Below, piece by piece: positions 16,908 to 18,787 of a stretch of 18,787 nucleotides of DNA (positions are counted from its first letter, which is position 1; every line of letters begins with the position of its first letter). The notes under the pieces were generated by a model. It saw nothing but the letters and a program-made list of their open reading frames with translations. It was not told the origin of the DNA and made no database searches. The position numbers and the translations under genes were made by a program. The stretch is from the NCBI GenBank assembly GCA_045863335.1, contig BTVY01000003.1:204120-222906 (forward strand), given 5' to 3'. This DNA is from Candidatus Hydrogenedentota bacterium (GTDB taxonomy: Bacteria > Hydrogenedentota > Hydrogenedentia > Hydrogenedentales > SLHB01).

Positions 16908-17110
16908 GAAGATGGTTCCCCGCGTTCGCGAGGATGACGGTTTGGGTGCGTGTGGGGTTGTTCGTTTCATTCTGAGTGCATTTGTCCTTGTATCGTCCTA
17001 CCCGTTCATCGCGGTTTTATCTTGCTTCACGCGGCAAACTGCGCATGGATAAACCCATACCTGCACATCGGCCCGCGCCGTCATCCTCGCGAACGCGGGG
17101 ACCCATCATT
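16908..17110. repeat. 203-bp REP doublet (REPIN-like): CGTC repeat (-) 16908-16940, spacer, CGTC repeat (+) 17078-17110
   Basis: Diverged direct copy of 16199-16400. Confidence 0.92.
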
Positions 17111-17229
17111 GTATGCACTCGGCATGGCTTCGTTTCATCGCGTGCGCAATCGCATGTCTATTCAAGACGATTTGCGCCCCTCGACTGTTATACCATGCGT
17201 CCTGGCAATCGTATCACGGGAGCGCAACT

Positions 17230-18579
17230 ATGGACATCGCGGCGTTGATTATCCTTGGGCTAACATCCGTACTTAGCGGCGCGGGCTTCGAGTTGTCCGC
17301 CGAAGTCCCTCTCCACGATTTTGGTGGTATCCCCTTTGTCTACGACATCGACGGCAAACCCGGCGCGGAGATCCTGTGGTTGCAATCGCCGGGAATCTTT
17401 CATAGCCGTGTCTTCGACGATGGCCCGTGGAAAGGCCGCATCCGGGAAGACGAGCGCGTACACTTCTGCTTGACGGCCACGTCGCCCTCCGGCGAAGTCC
17501 TCTGGCAGATCGGCACACCGTGGACCGGCGACCGGCCTTTCCTTACGCACTGCGGTGAGCGGGGACTCGACTGCGCGGATATCGACGGCGACGGTGCGCC
17601 GGAGATCGTCTGTGTGCGAAACGATGACATTCTCGTGATCGACGGACGCACGGGAACCATCGAGAAGACCGTTACCGCCCCCGCCGACAACGCGCAGATT
17701 GTTGGGCTGGCGCATACGGGCTTCGGGTCGGTCGATTGGACCGTTCTCGTCAAGAATTCCGAATCCGCGTATGCGCCCCACGAGTACGCGAATCCTTGCT
17801 GGTTCTATGATGGCGAATTGAATCTCATCAAGACCGCTGACTACCGCGGCGCCGGGCATGCGCCGGTGATCCACGACATCGACGGCGACAGGCTCGACGA
17901 GTTCCTCATCGGGTTCAACGCGATCGACAACAATCTGAATACGCTGTGGACGTACCGCACGGTCCCGGATGAAGCGTGGGACGCCGCGGAAATGCATGTG
18001 GACACGATCGCGGTTGGCGAGGTTGGGGGACGCCACGCGGTCGCGCTCGCGGCGAGCAACATGGAGTACCTGCTCGACGCGCAAACGGGTGAATTGATCT
18101 GGAGCTTCGAAGGGACACACCCGCAGGTCTGCGCGATTGGCCATTTCCTGCCGGGCGAAACCGAGGCGCAGGTCGTCGTGCACAACAAGCGCGCCGACCT
18201 TCAGCTCTTTGACAGCAAGGGCCACGAAGTCTGGCGAATGACGCCGCCCGAAAACTTCCCGCTGGGCAAGGCTGAAGCGTGCAAACAAGCCTTCCACACC
18301 TTCGAACCGTTGCAGATTCTACGCGGCGGGGGGGAGAAGAATACTGACCTCATCATCTTCTCCGACGCGGGTTGGCCCTACGTCATCGGCAGCGACGGTG
18401 CGCGCTCGCTCGAGTTCCCCCACACGTCGAACGTAGCACAGGACTGGGGCGAAGTCCCCGGCCGTCCCGATGACTACGGCTACGGATTCTATGTCCGTAT
18501 CCACGACTTCAACGGCGACGGCAAAGACGAGGTCATGATCAACGACCGCCGTTTCGCCTGGTTCTACCGCCTAAAATAA
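17230..18579 (+). CDS. Exported FG-GAP/VCBS-like beta-propeller protein (~449 aa), reminiscent of PL11-type folds
   Basis: Repeated DxDGDG motifs (DIDGKPG, DIDGDGAPEI, DIDGDRLDE, DFNGDGKDEV). ATG 17230 follows GGGAG and precedes a hydrophobic N-terminus. Confidence 0.85.
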   Translation: MDIAALIILGLTSVLSGAGFELSAEVPLHDFGGIPFVYDIDGKPGAEILWLQSPGIFHSRVFDDGPWKGRIREDERVHFCLTATSPSGEVLWQIGTPWTGDRPFLTHCGERGLDCADIDGDGAPEIVCVRNDDILVIDGRTGTIEKTVTAPADNAQIVGLAHTGFGSVDWTVLVKNSESAYAPHEYANPCWFYDGELNLIKTADYRGAGHAPVIHDIDGDRLDEFLIGFNAIDNNLNTLWTYRTVPDEAWDAAEMHVDTIAVGEVGGRHAVALAASNMEYLLDAQTGELIWSFEGTHPQVCAIGHFLPGETEAQVVVHNKRADLQLFDSKGHEVWRMTPPENFPLGKAEACKQAFHTFEPLQILRGGGEKNTDLIIFSDAGWPYVIGSDGARSLEFPHTSNVAQDWGEVPGRPDDYGYGFYVRIHDFNGDGKDEVMINDRRFAWFYRLK

Positions 18580-18609
18580 CGCAGGGCGCATCGCGGCCGA
18601 CGGAAGAAC

Positions 18610-18748
18610 ATCCCCCTTGATCCCCCTTCGAAGGGGGATGAATCACAACGCTTTGCGTTGTGCGAAAGCAATGACGATCGTCGCGGATCAATTCAGTAGA
18701 CTTCTGAATCTCAGTGCACGACGCTAGCCCACTCCCCCTTTGAAGGGG
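18610..18748. repeat. CCCCCTT-NN-AAGGGGG palindromic repeat pair; first copy could act as a terminator-like hairpin
   Basis: 18620-18639 atcccccttcgaagggggat is a perfect 20-bp palindrome preceded by an extra atccccctt half; degenerate copy tccccctttgaagggg at 18733-18748. Confidence 0.7.
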
Positions 18749-18787
18749 TGCAGATCTGGGAATACCGCGAATTCTGTAATAAATAAA

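Noticed and set aside
16698-16940. CRISPR array
   Set aside because: Spacers are 72 nt and near-identical, the repeat occurs dispersed in both orientations, and no cas genes are present.
12230-18297. Long alternative-frame ORFs (12230-13042, 13441-14358, 14751-15605, 14855-15664, 17260-18297)
   Set aside because: Shadow frames lying largely or entirely over well-supported genes in GC-rich DNA, with no recognisable motifs.
18749-18787. Possible IS end interrupting the last palindrome (abrupt shift to AT-rich sequence)
   Set aside because: Only ~40 nt before the window edge; no partner inverted repeat or transposase visible.

Overview
Bacterial chromosomal window from a GC-rich organism, probably a diderm (DnaK carries the Gram-negative N-terminal insert). 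Left to right it holds: two small paralogous ORFs embedded in mosaic short repeats; a Schlafen/AlbA_2-domain gene, a Zn-ribbon gene and an exported coiled-coil gene; dnaK-dnaJ without grpE, behind a sigma54-type promoter, with DnaJ ending in a hydrophobic tail; a padR-led operon ending in a large GH-like/DNRLRE/M23 membrane protein; two convergent secreted beta-propeller glycosidase-like paralogs; a small GIY-YIG nuclease gene (Neisseria SsnA-like) clamped between CGTC-tagged palindromic repeats; and an FG-GAP-like beta-propeller gene. The most striking structure is the nuclease-repeat locus (16199-17110). It resembles a REPIN-RAYT locus but has a GIY-YIG nuclease in place of the transposase, and the same 33-bp repeat recurs at 72, 687 (one copy nested in another) and 6683. 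The second candidate system is the pair of stand-alone CapRel-antitoxin-like ORFs next to the Schlafen-domain gene. Family assignments come from motif recognition by eye; no database searches were run.
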